From Geosiphon pyriformis uo1 (taxonomy: Eukaryota; Fungi; Glomeromycota), in assembly GCA_016748015.1 (NCBI GenBank), contig JAAOMT010000531.1:372001-436000 (forward strand): a stretch of DNA of 64,000 bases. The letters run 5' to 3'. Positions 49,473-64,000 of the stretch are shown one piece after another. Positions within the stretch are counted from its first letter, which is position 1, and the number at the start of each line of letters is the position of its first letter. The notes beneath the pieces were generated by a model. The model was given only the letters and a program-made list of their open reading frames with translations. It was not told where the DNA came from and did no database searches. The translations under genes were made by a program, and so were the position numbers.

Positions 49473-52400
49473 TTAAGCCCCCTTGCCATCCTCACTATTT
49501 TTTATCAATGTCTGTTTATTTACCAATTCATAATATAATCCACGTTTTCGAATCAAATCAAGATGCTTTCCTTGTTCTACAACTTGTCCTTTTTTCATTA
49601 CTACAATCAAATCAGCATTTTGTATTGTCGACAGACGATGTGCAATCGTAATCGTAGTTCGTCCTTGACTGGCATGATCTAGCGCGTCTTGTACTACTTT
49701 CTCTGATTCAGAGTCCAGAGCAGAGGTTGCTTCGTCAAGTAATAATAATTTTGGAGATCTGATGAGGGCTCTCGCTATTGCCACTCGCTGTGATAGTCAT
49801 AAACAAAATATGGTATTAAGTCTCAAGTTTAACTTTTGAAATGGGATTACCTTTACTTGATTGTAATAATAATTAATCTCAAAATATATAACACACCTGC
49901 TTTTGACCTCCACTAAGTTGAGCCCCTTTCTCTCCTACTCGAGTATAATATTTATTGGGCAAACTCATCACAAATTTATGAATGTTTGCGCTTTTGGCAG
50001 CTTCCTCGACTTCTTCTTGAGAACATCCTTCTTTTCCGTACGCAATATTTTCACCTATTGATAGATCGAATAACATAGGTTCTTGACCTACTAATGCCAT
50101 GCTTGAGCGTAGATACTCCAAATTCCAGTCTTTCACGTCCACATTTTCTACCTTTACGTGACCAGCGAGTACATCATAAAATCGTAATATTAATGAGATA
50201 ATAGTAGATTTTCCACATCCAGAGGGGCCAACGATTGCCACGGTTTTTCCCGCATGAACCGCAACATCAAGCCCACGTAGAATTTTGACATCAGGACGTG
50301 CTGGATAATTAAAATATACATGTTCCATACTAGTGGCTCCAGTGACAGGAGTTGGCCGATCTTTTTTTTCAGAGGCTGCAACGTCAATGGCAGGTTTTCG
50401 GTCACAAATTTCAAAGATTGAGATTGCCGCAACTTTTGCACTTGCTACGTTTGGTGCAAATGAGCTAAAAATTTAAGATAAATCTCAGAATGATGGCACC
50501 ATAAATGCTATCTTAAATTTTATTTTTTGAATTGAAAATTACCCAATTTGACCAAGTGCCATAGAAGAGAAAACCACTGCAAACAATACGTTCAACATTT
50601 GTTTTAGCGTGTATTCCAAATCCATAACAAGTCGTGATCCGTACCTTTAGATTTATAAAAATAGAAAATTTAGCAAATATCAAAAAAAAATTTGAATAAT
50701 AAAATCCAAAACTGGGACTCAACTTACCAGAAAGCTAAACTCCAAGTGAAATAAAGAAGACATTGCGCCAACCCAAAACCAATTGAGGAATATATTGATC
50801 CTTTGACGGCCAGTTTATGGGGTTCAGTGATTGCTTGATTGTATAACGATTTGAACGTTTCTTCACGATTCAAAGCTGTGATGGTGCGCATATTTGATAT
50901 GCTTTGTTGGACAACTTGACCAGAATTTTCGTAAGCTTTTCGCGTCTATATGGCGAGCAAGACATTAGAATCAAGGATAGTGTATATAAATGGCATTCTA
51001 AAAATTTCTATTTCCCACCTTGTGTCCAAATCCTGCCAAAGTTCTCATTTGCAACAATCCAGCCAAGCCGACAAATGGAACCGCGGCTATTACGACAAGT
51101 GTCAATTTCCAACCATTTCCAAAAGCAATGCCCTAGAATATGGAACTGAATATTAATTTTTTCAAGCAATCAAGATTTTGAAGATGAAGCTGATAAAAAG
51201 TTCTACCTACCATTCCGATAGCTAAGTTTACAATAACTTCTATGATGGTACCCAGTAAGCTAAAATTAAAAATTTTTAATATGTAAATTTCTCTCAAACT
51301 TTGTGGTGAAATATATCACAAAAAACTCACCTTCCAGTCAATCCTTGAACTTTTGACGCGTCAACCGCTAATTTTGACGTTAAAACACCAGTTCCATTTT
51401 TTTCATCATCGAAAAAAGAAATTTCTTGGGCCATCAATGACTAAGAAAAGACCAAAATATTGCGAATTTTTCGACCGGATAAAATCATTTAAAATTTGAA
51501 TCTCAGAAAATGTACCTTGAAAGTCATCGCTCGGAGACGTTTTGTTAGCCGTTCACTCGATATAGAAAAGCAGATGAGACGCGTAGCGTTTCCTACAAAA
51601 GTAACACCACCAAGCACTACAAACATTCCAGCCCAAAAATTTGCATCACGTCGAAGTCGGTCCGGGCTGAAATCCAAAAGAAAAGAAAATATAATTTTTT
51701 TGTTTCAGCAAGAAAAATCTTCGTATTATCAAGATACTTACTCGTCAATATGGGAATAAACTTCCAAGATATTTGAAAAAACAATGGAGAAAGTTGGCAT
51801 CTGAGCACCATAAATAATGGCACCAAGGAGTCCAATCAAAAGATAGGGTAATTCAGGCAAATTGAGACGAGCGGCTCTTCCGAGAGGTGCCTTTTTTTTA
51901 ATGCGGCAACTTCTTCTTCCGCTCGAACTTGCTCCTCACTTTTATGGGAAATTATTGTGCCATTGGTCTTGACACGACTCAATGATTTCTGTACAAGTTT
52001 TTCTTTTTCTTCAATGTCAATTGTCACGTCATCAACACTTTCATCACTCGAGTTGTCTGCTTCTTCTTTGAATTTTTCGATATCATGTTGAATTTTCAAT
52101 TCTTGGGCCTTGACTAATTCATAATACATTCCTTGATTGGAAATTAATTCTTCATGTCGCCCAACTTCGATGATTTCACCTTTACGCATTACCACAATTT
52201 TATCGGCATTTTTAATGGTGGATAAACGATGTGCGATTACGATAGTTGTTCTGTTTGTGGCAGCTGCGTCAAGTGCGTCTTGAACAAGACGTTCTGATTC
52301 AGTATCAAGAGCTGAAGTTGCTTCATCAAGCAGCAAAATGGGTGGATCTTTAATCAAAGCACGTGCAATAGCAATCCTGAAATTTTGAGAAAGGAAATTA

Positions 52401-54469
52401 AATTTTTAATGAAATTTTGATTTGAATCGTTCTTAAAAATTTTTACTAACCTTTGTTTTTGACCTCCCGATAACAAAGCCCCTTTTTCGCCGACCAATGT
52501 TTCATACTTATCAGGCAATTCATCAATAAATTCATGGGCATTGGATTTTTTACATGATTCAATAATTTCATCTAGGGTTGGTTCTTTCTCATCAGGTAAT
52601 CCTCCCCATCTGATGTTTTGCGCAATACTTTGCGGAAACAAGACTGGTTCTTGGCCCACTAGACCGATCAGACTTCTTAGTGATTTGATATTAATATTTT
52701 TAATATCTTCATCATCCAGCGAAATTTGTCCATCGATCGGATCGTAGAATCTTTCTAGTAAACTGACAACTGTTGATTTCCCACTTCCTGAACTGCCAAC
52801 AAGAGCAACAGTCTGACCAGATTCGACTATGAGGTTGAAATTTTTCAAGATTGGAATATCTGGCCGTTGTGGGTAGTGGAAGTTAATATTTTTAAATTCG
52901 ATACGGCCTTTCACTGAGGATACGGTCAATTTTTTGCCTTCTTTGGAAGTTACGTCAATTTCAGGCACACGGTCGATAACAGCAAACAGAGCCGCAGCGG
53001 AACCCATTGCATTTCCAATGGCTGAGAAGTGAGGGGCGGCATTACCAAGTGAAAATGCTAAGAAACATTTTTTTTAATCATTCGTCTTGGAATTTTTTCT
53101 TGTTACTCAACATTAGAAATCTTTAAAATACTTACCACCCATAATAAGAGAAAAAAAGGTATTCAAAACCTGACCACCAGTCTTTTCTCCGTTCAACACT
53201 AATTTGCTTCCATACCAAAATCCCAACCCATAAGTCGAAAATAAGATCAGAAATATTAAGCCGAGGCCAAGGCCACCGATTAAGCCTTTCTTTGTCCCAG
53301 AACGATATGCAGTTTCCAATTGTTGCAAATAACGCTGGATTTCACGTTTCTCACCGCCAAAAGCCACTACAGTTCTTATTGAAGACAATGCTTGTTCGGC
53401 AACCGTGCCAGCACCAGCATATGCGTCTTAAAAAAGAAAAAGATGATTGATAAAAAATTATAGATGAATCACTTTGGTTAAATAAGTGAAATTCACACCT
53501 TGTCCTTTGGTCGTAGAAGATGATAAAGCTTTGGCCATTGCACCACCAGCAGCAGCCAACAAAGGAATCACACAACAAACGACAAGTGCAAGTTTCCAAC
53601 CTTAAATTTTGGATGGAATATATTAATGAATTTAATTATCTTGAGAAATGGATTGAGGAAGCTTTAGATTTAAAGAATTAGTCATGTTCATTGTTACCCA
53701 CTTTTTGTAAATCCAATGATGAAACCAGCGACAAAGGTAGTAGAATATTGTAAAATGAGTCCAATTTTTTCCGAGATACCTTCTTGTAAAATACTTGTGT
53801 CCGCAGAAATACGTGTTGTGATATCACCAGTGGACATTTTATCAAACCAAGCGATATTTTGTTTCATGGTTGAGGCATAATATAACTCACGTATCCTCTT
53901 TCGATCAGGAGGAAAATTTTAATAGTTGAAACTTTTAGATTAACATTTACAAATTACCATAATACCTTAGTCTGATTTTCCCCAGCAATCATCCAACACG
54001 TCATTTGAACATAAGAAGCAACAAAAGCACTTGAACCCAATATTAAAAAATGATAAACATTTTTTCGAACTTCATCATCCAAAGTATTTTTAGCATCTTG
54101 TAAATCGTCGGGGTGGGTGCGAGTTGCCAAAGCAAATACGCCAAAAGCTTGAATAAAATTTGCAAAAATAATAGTCATAAAGGGTAATGCACAACCATTT
54201 GCCATTGCTCCGATTGAACCGATTAGAATCAAAATTTTATCCCATGGACTTGCATAACGAAACAATTGAAAAAAAGAGACGGTTGGTTTCTTTTCTGGTT
54301 CTGTATCATTTTTTTTGTCGGGAAGTTCAACGGGAAGAGCATCAATTCTTGATAGATCAAAATCTGGAGTTTTTGTCTTTATGTCATTTTCAATAATAGT
54401 AATGGTGCCTTCTGTTGTTGTATTTGTAGCTGAAACAGCCTCCTCTGTTGACTCAGGGGTAGAGGCCAT
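49473..54469 (-). CDS. Full-size ABCB transporter ABCB-2, about 13 introns, with an apparent 1-nt frameshift in the linker (51892-51899)
   Basis: Same domain motifs as ABCB-1. The frame breaks at an A8 run, and the -1 frame continues [21 protein letters not shown]. Confidence 0.88.
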
Positions 54470-56520
54470 TATAATTAATTCTTGAAAGTTTTAAATTTCA
54501 AGTTAGATTTTCGAAAATTTTATTTCAGAAAGATCTTTATGAAACAAAAATAACAATACCCTGGTCAGTGAAAACGATAAATATTATGTATGTCCTTTAA
54601 AAGAAATTTGACCATTTATTTATGGGATACACAACACAACACAATATAACAAATAAAGAAATCCTTTATTTTTTAAGCTTATCAAAAAACAAGAGTCACA
54701 ATTATTATTCATTCAGGACAAAAACGGACCATTTAATTGCCGAGACTGAATCATTGGTGAATGTGAAATGAATTTTGGGTGACTAGAATAATTCTACGAA
54801 TCTAAATTGAACATTTGCACCACATAACGCAACGGATTTAGGAAAGTATTATTTTAAAAGTGACACAACACTGATCTAGCTTCGATTTTATATGGCTATT
54901 TTAGCTTCCTGCCTAAAAAGAGATTTTTTAGCTATCTCATGCACTTAATTTAATTTAATTTAGCACGTAAATTGATTGCATCACTGTTAAGTGTGTGGGG
55001 TTAAAAAGGCCTTCGAAAATAATTTTAAATTTGATAATTAAGATAAAAATTTTAATTCTAATTTACAATACTCTCAATAGATTCATTTTTTCTTTGAAAT
55101 TGAATTCATACTTTCAGTTTTTTTTTTTATGCAAATTTTTTTAGACAATAAGTAATATTAATAATAGCCTAAAGCAAATTTTTTGGATTATGGAATATTT
55201 TTTCTTTGAACCTGTTTTAAAAAAACTTTACAATAAAATAACCAAATGACAGTATATTCAATTATAAATTTTACGAAAAAATTTGGTTAGAGACTAAAAA
55301 ATTATTCAAGTACAGGTTTATTTCAAAAGAGTAGTAACAAAATTCTGATATTAATAAGGTTGCTTAATTCGAAAAATAGATTTTCCTACCAAATTTTAAG
55401 TTCAAATTAATGAAATATTTGCAGGAAATCTTCCTTGAAATGGGTAAGTTTGAACGACTCAAGAATTTGAATTGACCCGTTTTGGAAGGGTAGAAAAATA
55501 ATATTAATACTTTCCTAGATAGGTTTTTAAGGGAACCTGAAATTCAAGAAAAATATTATTTAAGAATCGATGATTAGCATCAAAAGATAAATAAAGTTAT
55601 CCTTCCCATTGTAATCAAATCAATCGCTAGTATTTTTTAATAGCTAATCAAGTTGATTTTCAGAGGAACCAAGACACCAAAATAGAAATTAAAGATTTTC
55701 GTGCTATTGAAAAATATATTTTCAAGAAATAAATTCAAACCAATTCTTCTTTTAGTTCAAAAAGCCGAATTATTTTAATTCCATTTAAAAATATCTAATA
55801 ATGAGCGAGTAAAAAATTCTCATCATAACTAGACAGTAAAAGAATAAAGCAATTTTTTTTGGTCGAGCAAAAATTGTTTAATTTAATTATTAGGGACAAC
55901 AGTTATCTTTCCCATTTCAAAAATATTTTTAAAACATTAAGAAAGCGGATCAAATATTTACAAAAGCTTTTGCAAAGAGACTAAAGAGTATACCTATCTC
56001 AATACATAAAATATTTGAAAAGCAAGCTTTTAAACAAAATAATCACTTTCGACGTTTATTTATTGGTTAAGAAAAGCTTCCCAACATAAAATAAAATATT
56101 TTGACCAATAATAAGATTGTTTATTATTTTAAAAGTAGATATATAGCAAACAAAACATTGTCAAAATAAAAATAATCCAAACTATTTTTTAATGAATAGC
56201 CCTTCAGATGATAATTCAGTCGTTTTAAAAGGTTGTATCCTTTTATTTATCAAGTAACAAAGAGATCATAGAAATTTATTTGAAAGAAAACTAGTTGGAT
56301 TGAAAAAAAATTTAGATATAAAATTTGATTCATGTCTAGTAGTAATATTAAGTAATATTCAATAATTGTGGTTTCATTAGCATAGAATTCCAATAAACCT
56401 TTGCAATTAAAATTAACCTCAATTTTGAACCAATTTTTTATCAAACCATTTAATAATTCAATACTTTTTTCTAATTTACTATGTTCAATTACTATTACAA
56501 AAAGTTGATTATTCCAATCT

Positions 56521-59500
56521 TTAAACATTTGAGCTCTCCTGCTTCATTAATGTTTGCTTTTTGACCAGTTCGTGGTAGAACCCTTTCTGAGCGATCAAAT
56601 CCATATGTTTTCCTTGTTCTACAACTTGTCCCTTTTTCACAACTACTATTAGGTCCGCATCCTGGATGGTTGAAAGTCGATGCGCAATTGTGATTGTGGT
56701 TCGACCTTTACTGGCACGATCTAATGCCTCTTGGACAACCTTTTCGGATTCTGAGTCAAGAGCTGATGTTGCTTCGTCAAGTAATAAAAATCTCGGAGAT
56801 CGAATTAGAGCTCGTGCGATGGCGACTCGCTAAAGTGGAAACAATGATATTAATCAATGATAGGAAAAAATAAAATTTATTCTTAAAAATAAATATTACT
56901 CCATACCTGCTTTTGACCACCACTAAGTTGGCTACCCTTCTCGCCTACTTTAGTATCATATTTTTCCGGTAAACTATCAATGAAATTATGTATGTTGGCT
57001 TGTTTTGCCGCTTCGATGATTTCCTCTTGTGAACAACCTTCTTTGCCATAAGCGATATTTTCTCCTATCGTTAAATTAAAAAGGACTGGTTCTTGACCAA
57101 CTAATGCCATATGTGACCGTAAGTACTCGAGATTCCATTCTCGTACATCAACATTTTCAACATTGATGTGGCCGGCTGAAATATCATAATAGCGTAATAG
57201 TAATGAAACAACAGTAGATTTTCCGGATCCTGAGGAGCCAACTATAGCCACGGTTTTCCCGGAAAGAACATTGATATCAAGGCCACGTAGAACAGGTAAA
57301 TCCGGACGAGCTGGATAGCTGAAGCGTGCATGTTCAATGCTAGCTGATCCATTAACTGGTGTTGGGCGGTCCTTTAGTAATGTATCTTTAACATCGATTG
57401 CGGATTTTCGATCGATAATCGCAAAAGTAGAAATTGCAGCGACTTTTGCTTTTGCAACATTTGGGGCAAATGAACTGTTGAAAATTTTTGAGATTATCAT
57501 TCCTTAAATAATGAAAACAACCAAGTATACTTCATCTTTTGAGTGAGATACCTTACCTGATTTGACCAAGTCCGAAAGCTGAGAAAATAAGAGCAAACAA
57601 CACACTCAGCATTTGCTTTTGAGTATACTCTAAACTGGAAAGTAAGGTAGATCCGTACCTGCAAATAAATTAGCCATTTAAAATTAGGAATGAAAATTTC
57701 AATTTAACTAGTCAAAAAAATAAGCCTTTTACCAAAATGCCAGAGCCCAGGTAAAGTAAATCAGACTTTGTCCAAAGCCAAATCCGACTGAAGAATATAG
57801 GGTACCCTTGATGGCAGTTTTATGAGGTTCAGAAATTGCTTGTCTATACATTGATTTAAAAGTCTCTTCACGACTCAAAGCCGCAATAGTGCGCATATTT
57901 GACACGCTTTGTTGCACCACTTGACCAGAAAATTCATATGCTTTACTCGTCTAATATTCAGTAGAAGGGATTCATCTGAAATTTTAGAGCCAAAGTAAAA
58001 CAGTTTGGTGAGATAAGCAAAAAATTTCTTTACCTTTGCACCATATCCGGCAATTGCTTTCATTTGTAAAATGCCAGCAAGCATAATAAAAGGAATCGTA
58101 GCTAAAACAACAAGGGATAATTTCCAGCCATAGTAAAAGGCTTCTGCCTAAATTTTAAAATATCAAATTAACAATAGCAAATATTTAGTAATAATAAATA
58201 ATGTCTTTGATATTAATAAATTAAATAGTAAGTAAAAATCAGAGTTCTCACCAGACCCAAACTTAGCCCAACAAATATCTGTATCACGGTTCCAAATAAA
58301 CTAAATTGCGAAGAGAAATATCCTTTAACGAGATTGAATCTGAATAAAAGATTATGAGGTAATGTTCAACCCACCTTCCACTTAGTCCTTCAACCTTTGA
58401 GGCATCGACAGCGAGTTTAGAAGTCAAGATTCCTGTTGTGTTTTTAACCTCATCGAAAAATCCAACCTCTTGTCTCATTAAGGCTTCGAAAGTCATCCTT
58501 CGGATTCTCCGAGTTAAGCGTTCTCTGAATATTAAAGTAATTTAAATCAGGGAGTTGATTGACCAACTCATCAATAAATGGACAAAAATACAAACCCGTT
58601 TAAAGTCAATCCAAACATCTGAGCAAAATTGCTCACGAACCCAACTACCCCTAGGAGAACGAATAAGAGAGAATACATATTGGAATCCCTTCTAAGTTTA
58701 TCGGGCCTTCAAAATATATATTTTTAATTAATTCCAACATAAAGAGTTTACAAAGTTCTCATAACTAGATTGGGAAACGGTTCGATTTTTATTAACTTAC
58801 TGGTCAGTTCTTGAGAAAACATCCATAATATTAGTAAAAACAAGTGCATATAATGGCATCACAGCTCCGTATGTGGCGGCTCCGGAAAGTCCAAAGAGTA
58901 TTAAATGCCATTCTTTTGAATTCAAGGCTGCAACTCTTTTGAATGGTGCATTCTTTTTGAGAGCTTCTTTTTCTTCTTCAGCTCTAATATTGTCAAGGTC
59001 TTTTTGGGATAAAATGGTACCCTTTGTCGACATTCTTCTTACCAAATGTCCATGATGTTTCTTTCCATCGACGGTGACCGCGGATTCATCCTTTTCATCA
59101 CCAGTACGTGTACTCGTTGAGTCGTCGTCATCATCATCTTCTTCATCATCAGCAACGTTGATTCTGACACTTTTTTTCCGGCTATCTTTTAATTTCATTT
59201 CCTGGGCTTTCACCAATTCAAAATAAAGACCTTGGTTTTTAATCAATTCTTCGTGTTGACCGATCTCTACGATTTCACCTTTACGCATTACCACAATTTT
59301 ATCGGCATTTTTAATGGTGGATAAACGATGTGCGATAACGATAGTTGTTCTATTTGTGGCAGCTGTGTCAAGAGCGTCTTGAACAAGGCGTTCTGATTCA
59401 GTGTCAAGAGCTGAAGTTGCTTCGTCAAGAAGCAAAATGGATGGATCTTTAATCAACGCACGAGCGATGGCAATTCTAATTTGAAATTTAGATAATTTAT

Positions 59501-61636
59501 TATAACAATCTAGGTTTTGAGAATGGTATAACATATTTACCTTTGCTTTTGACCACCGGACATTAAGGCACCCTTTTCACCAACCAAAGAATCATATTTA
59601 TCAGGTAATTCATTAATGAATTCATGTGCATTTGATTTCTTGCATGCTTCAATAACTTCCTCCAATGTTGGCTCTTTCTCATCTACCATGCCACCCCATT
59701 TAATGTTTTGAGCAATAGTTGCCGGAAATAAAACCGGCTCTTGTCCGACAAGTCCAATCAGAGTCCTTAAGGATTTGATGTTGATATCTTGAATATTGTT
59801 GCCATCCACAAAAATCGATCCCTCGATGGGGTCGTAAAATCTTTCCATCAAGCCAATTATTGTCGATTTTCCACTTCCCGAACTACCAACAAGAGCGACA
59901 GTTTGACCTGCTTCGATGCTCAGATTGAAGTTTTTGAGAACTGGGACGTCGGGTCGTTGAGGATAATGAAAATTAACATTTTTAATTTCTATTTTCCCTT
60001 TTACGGTAGACTTGCTGAGTTTTTTGCCATTAGACGAATTGACATCGATGAGTGGTACTCGATCAATTACTGCAAAAAGAGCGGCTGCGGCTCCACACGC
60101 GTTTCCAATCGAAGCAAAGTGAGGTGCAGCATTTCCAAGAAACATGGCTAAAATTTAATAAAATGAATGCTCGGTTAAAGAAATTCAAAAGAACCTTTAA
60201 TATCTGCAAGGAGTAACGAATACAAACCTCCCATTATCACAGACAGAAACGTATTTAATACTTCAGGTCCAGTTTTCTCATGGCTCAAAACTAACTTACT
60301 GCCATACCAAAAGCCGAGACCATAACTCGCAAACATTATAAAAAATATGAGACCAAGACCGATCCCGCTAATTAGGGCTTTTCTTTTCCCGGCTATATAT
60401 GCGATATCGAGTTGTCTAATATACCGAGCAATCTCTCGCTTTTCCCCGCCAAATGCAACAACTGTTTTAATACCGGAGATGGCTTGTTCTGCTACGGTTC
60501 CTGCTCCGGCATAAGCACCTATTATTAATTTGAAAAAATCAAAGTAGCTTATTAGCAAAAGCTAATTTGGAAAATTTATTTGAACAAAAATATGAGATCC
60601 TTTAATCACCTTGTCCTTCTGTGCTGCTAGAAGACAGCGCCTTTGCCATCGCACCACCAGCAAGGGCTAAAAGAGGCATGACAGCGCTGAGAACAAGAGC
60701 AAGTTTCCAACCTAAGAATCAATGAAAAAGTGTTTTAATACCAGAAAAATTGGATATTTCCCAGAGTAAATTAAAACTTTCCAAATTAATACCTTTGATG
60801 AATCCAATTATAAAGCCGGCAAAAAAAGTTGTAAGCGATTGTATAATATTTCCAACTTTGTCCGACATTCCTTCTTGCACAAGATTCGTATCTCCCGAAA
60901 TTCGTGTCGTCAAATCGCCAGATGACATTACATCAAACCACGAAATGTCTTGTCGTAAAACAGCGGCATAATATTTTTCACGTATACGCTAAATTTCGAA
61001 TAAAAATATCCAATTTGCAATTAAGGCTGAACTTTTCTAATTTCTTAATTAAAGAAGTACAAATTGATATAAATTACTCACCTTGGTTTGCCTTTCACCA
61101 GCAATCATCCAACACGCCATCTGGACATAAGCAGCGATAAATGTAGCTATACCCTGAATGATAAAATAAATTACATTCTTCATCACTGCGTCATGCAATC
61201 TGTCTCTATGATCTTGTAAATTCTCAGGATTTTGGGCATTTGATAAAGTAAACTCTCCAAACGCGGTCAGAAAATTGGAGAAAATAATCGTCATTACAGG
61301 AATCGAAGATCCGTTCGCAACGGCGGCAAGAGATCCAATTATCATTAAAAAAATATCCCAAGAATCGGCAAATCGAAACAATTGGATAAAGCTGACCGGT
61401 GGTGGTTTTGCCTCTGCTTTAGATTCGTTGTCATCGTCGTCGTCGTCGTCGTTTGTATTTTTCTCAAACCCTTTTTCATTTTTAGTTTGTGATTCGTTCT
61501 CAATCAATTGGCTTAATTCGGTGACTTTAGGATTTTGATTTTCTTTTTCTGTCATATGAGTTGAGTTCACGGTACCATCCTCAGTAAAATACGTCGTTGT
61601 TATTTGTGTTTTTCCTGATTGGTCGTTTGACGACAT
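56521..61636 (-). CDS. Full-size ABCB transporter ABCB-3, about 13 introns
   Basis: Walker A twice, MSGGQKQR and [16 protein letters not shown] twice. It ends [13 protein letters not shown] at 56521. Confidence 0.92.
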
Positions 61637-62935
61637 TCTTTTGATTTTTCTAATGAAAAAGAAAGCTCAAGTTGATATTTTTCTTTATATATTAATGATT
61701 CTGATTATTTCTTGTGAGAGGCTAGGTTATTCAAAGATTCCAAGTTTGTTTTTGTTTTTGATATCAGTTAACCTCGAAAAACTTGCATCGTCTCAGAAAC
61801 TTTTAATATATAATCCCATCAGTTATTATAATATCGTCTAGGGTTCTTTCGTTTTCGGAACCTTGTGAATTAAGGAGGTTAATTTCCGCATAGATCCAAA
61901 ATGGACAGAGGCTTAGCTTTTCATGTTCTTGAAAGCAAAAATTTTTCATGCTGCTTAATTCTAGTAGCACTAGTGTTACAAGGGAGTTCAAATTCAAAAA
62001 CATTAAGATGAAAACCCGATTTCAATGGATTTTCTTTTGGTTAATTAATGATTGTTTAGGTTTCGAGATTTCTATTTTAAGTAGAGCAAAAGAGCAAAAA
62101 TAATTATGTGTAAAAGCTTGATACTGGATTACTGACTAAGACATAAACATGGGTTATAATATTATGCCTTTCTCGGCATCAAAATACTTCTCATGATCGA
62201 CGCGTTGTTTTCCAAACACTTATGCAAGTTGATCGAATTCAAAAAAGGATCGCTTGCCAACCTAAAGTGATTCAAAGTGGCAGTGAATGCATAATTGTGT
62301 AAAAACTTTATGCATAAAAAATATACTCTAATTATATCTAGGAAAATGTTAATTCTCGAGATCCTGCGGGATTATTATTCTCCATGAATAGATGAAATTA
62401 AGAAAATTATGAACATTTTTTAATCTCTATTGCATCTTAAAAAATTTATCTAGTATCTCAATTAAATCTACTATAAATGAGCCGTTAAATTTTTAGAAAA
62501 TCTCCCTGATTGCCAAATTTTAAAGTTTGATCGAGAACCTAATCTTAATTCCTTCTTTTACGAAAATTTTGATCCTTATAATCTCTATTATATATTTTGG
62601 AACAATTGGTTTTTCAGGATAAAATTTTAAATGGTTTCAATTTTTCCAAGTATTTTACAAGACTCAAGGCCCACTTTTATCTCTATTAAATCTTTTCAAA
62701 GATCATAGAATTAAGGAAATTTTTATCAAATATTCCGTGCAAATACTTTCTAAATTCATTTAGCTTTAGTACAACCAATGTGGTTTATTAAAAAAAATCA
62801 TTGATATGAATATCTTGAGATTTTTACCCAGATTACCAAGGCAATGTTATGGATAGATGTTTTAATATTCTTTTATGTATTATACTTTATTGCTTTAATT
62901 TAACTTGCCTTGTTGTTTTAACTGAAAATATTGTC

Positions 62936-62975
62936 ATTATTATTTTTATTATTATTATTGTTGTTGTTGTTGTTG

Positions 62976-63013
<38 letters not shown>
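62936..63013. repeat. (TTA)n/(TTG)n compound microsatellite
   Basis: Tandem triplets. Confidence 0.9.
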
Positions 63014-63015
<2 letters not shown>

Positions 63016-64000
63016 GTTCATCCATCTGATATAGAGAATTTTTTTCGGTAAATCTTGATATTTTTTTATTGGCTAATAATGTCCATTTTAAATAATGATG
63101 CAAGATTATGTAAAACTTGGCCCATGATTTTTTTCTCGTTTTGATTACCTTATTAATGCCCAAAACTCTTTGCCGCTGAGACATTAAAGGACATATAAAA
63201 TTAGAATATAAGTACAATGTTTTTAATGTTCTTTTCCTCATTATTGAAACAATCTCAATAATATACTTGTTTTAATTACTTAGGTGCCATTATTGTAAAA
63301 AATAGATCCGTACATATAAACATATTATTTCAGAAAGTTGTAAATAATTCGGATTACTATTGGCATTAGTAAAGGAAAGAAAGCTTTAAGAAATCGCAAA
63401 AAATAGTACTTTTGCTAGTTGTAAGGACTTATATAAGAAAAGATTTCAAGCTTTAAAAAAACAATATTAACCAGAATTAATTCATATCACAATTAAATAA
63501 ATCAATATTTTTGAAATTAACTTGAGAATGTTCTAATTTTTTTCTTAATTCCCAAATTTTTTTTAAGGCTAATTCATTATTCTTTAGTCAACTTTAAAAA
63601 CTGAGTTTATAATTGCTAATTTACTCTGATCTAAACTAAGACTTGACTCAAGAAATGATTCTGAAATACTGACATTAAAACAGCATTTTAAATATTATAC
63701 AAACACGATATTATTTGTGTGTTTAGTAAAAGGCTTTGAAAAGCATATAGATCTGAAAAATAATTGTCCTAAAATCAATTTAAAAATATAAAATCTTGAA
63801 AATTAAATTAATAAAATAATGAGATTTTATTAAAAAATTAGAAAATAATTTGTTCTAATATTTTATGCCGTAAATACAAATCTTAAAGTAATTTAATATT
63901 AAAATAAATTATAAGATCAGTTTATTTAATATTATAATTATAATGATTATTATTTTTTAATTCTAGTCAATAATGAAATCAATCATCAGGTTAAAAACTA

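Noticed and set aside
62849-63241. Poly-Asn and poly-Ile/Val ORFs (also the poly-Leu ORF at 33895-34110)
   Set aside because: Artefacts of trinucleotide microsatellites.
1-64000. tRNA or rRNA genes
   Set aside because: None were recognised by eye. tRNAscan-SE or Infernal would be needed to exclude them.

Overview
AT-rich eukaryotic DNA with spliceosomal introns. It is most likely a Glomeromycota fungus (Geosiphon/AMF-like), inferred from the TKL kinase type, the ABCB genes and the retroelement families. The left half (2.5-30.8 kb) is a nested retroelement cluster. A minus-strand RNase H-bearing LINE is split by four LTR insertions: full element Gy-A (3601-11450), a solo LTR (11732-12579), full element Gy-C (12584-20251) and truncated Gy-B (20933-27771). 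Two more LTR pieces flank a 137-N gap, followed by a second, plus-strand LINE (28882-30794). The right half holds a TKL kinase gene, its decayed tandem copy and three full-size ABCB (MDR/P-glycoprotein) transporter genes. The main discovery is a non-canonical Ty3/Gypsy architecture. In three divergent families pol stops exactly 4 codons after the RNase H NAD-x-L-S-R motif. The integrase is a separate ORF with its own ATG about 60 nt downstream (seen in Gy-C and Gy-B, deleted in Gy-A). A conserved ~220-aa non-Env ORF-X lies before the PPT. Two families also carry a Cys-rich domain plus a dUTPase between protease and RT. Target-site duplications are 4 bp and centred on CG or its deamination products, and one site was hit twice in tandem. 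All alignments were done by eye and no database searches were run.
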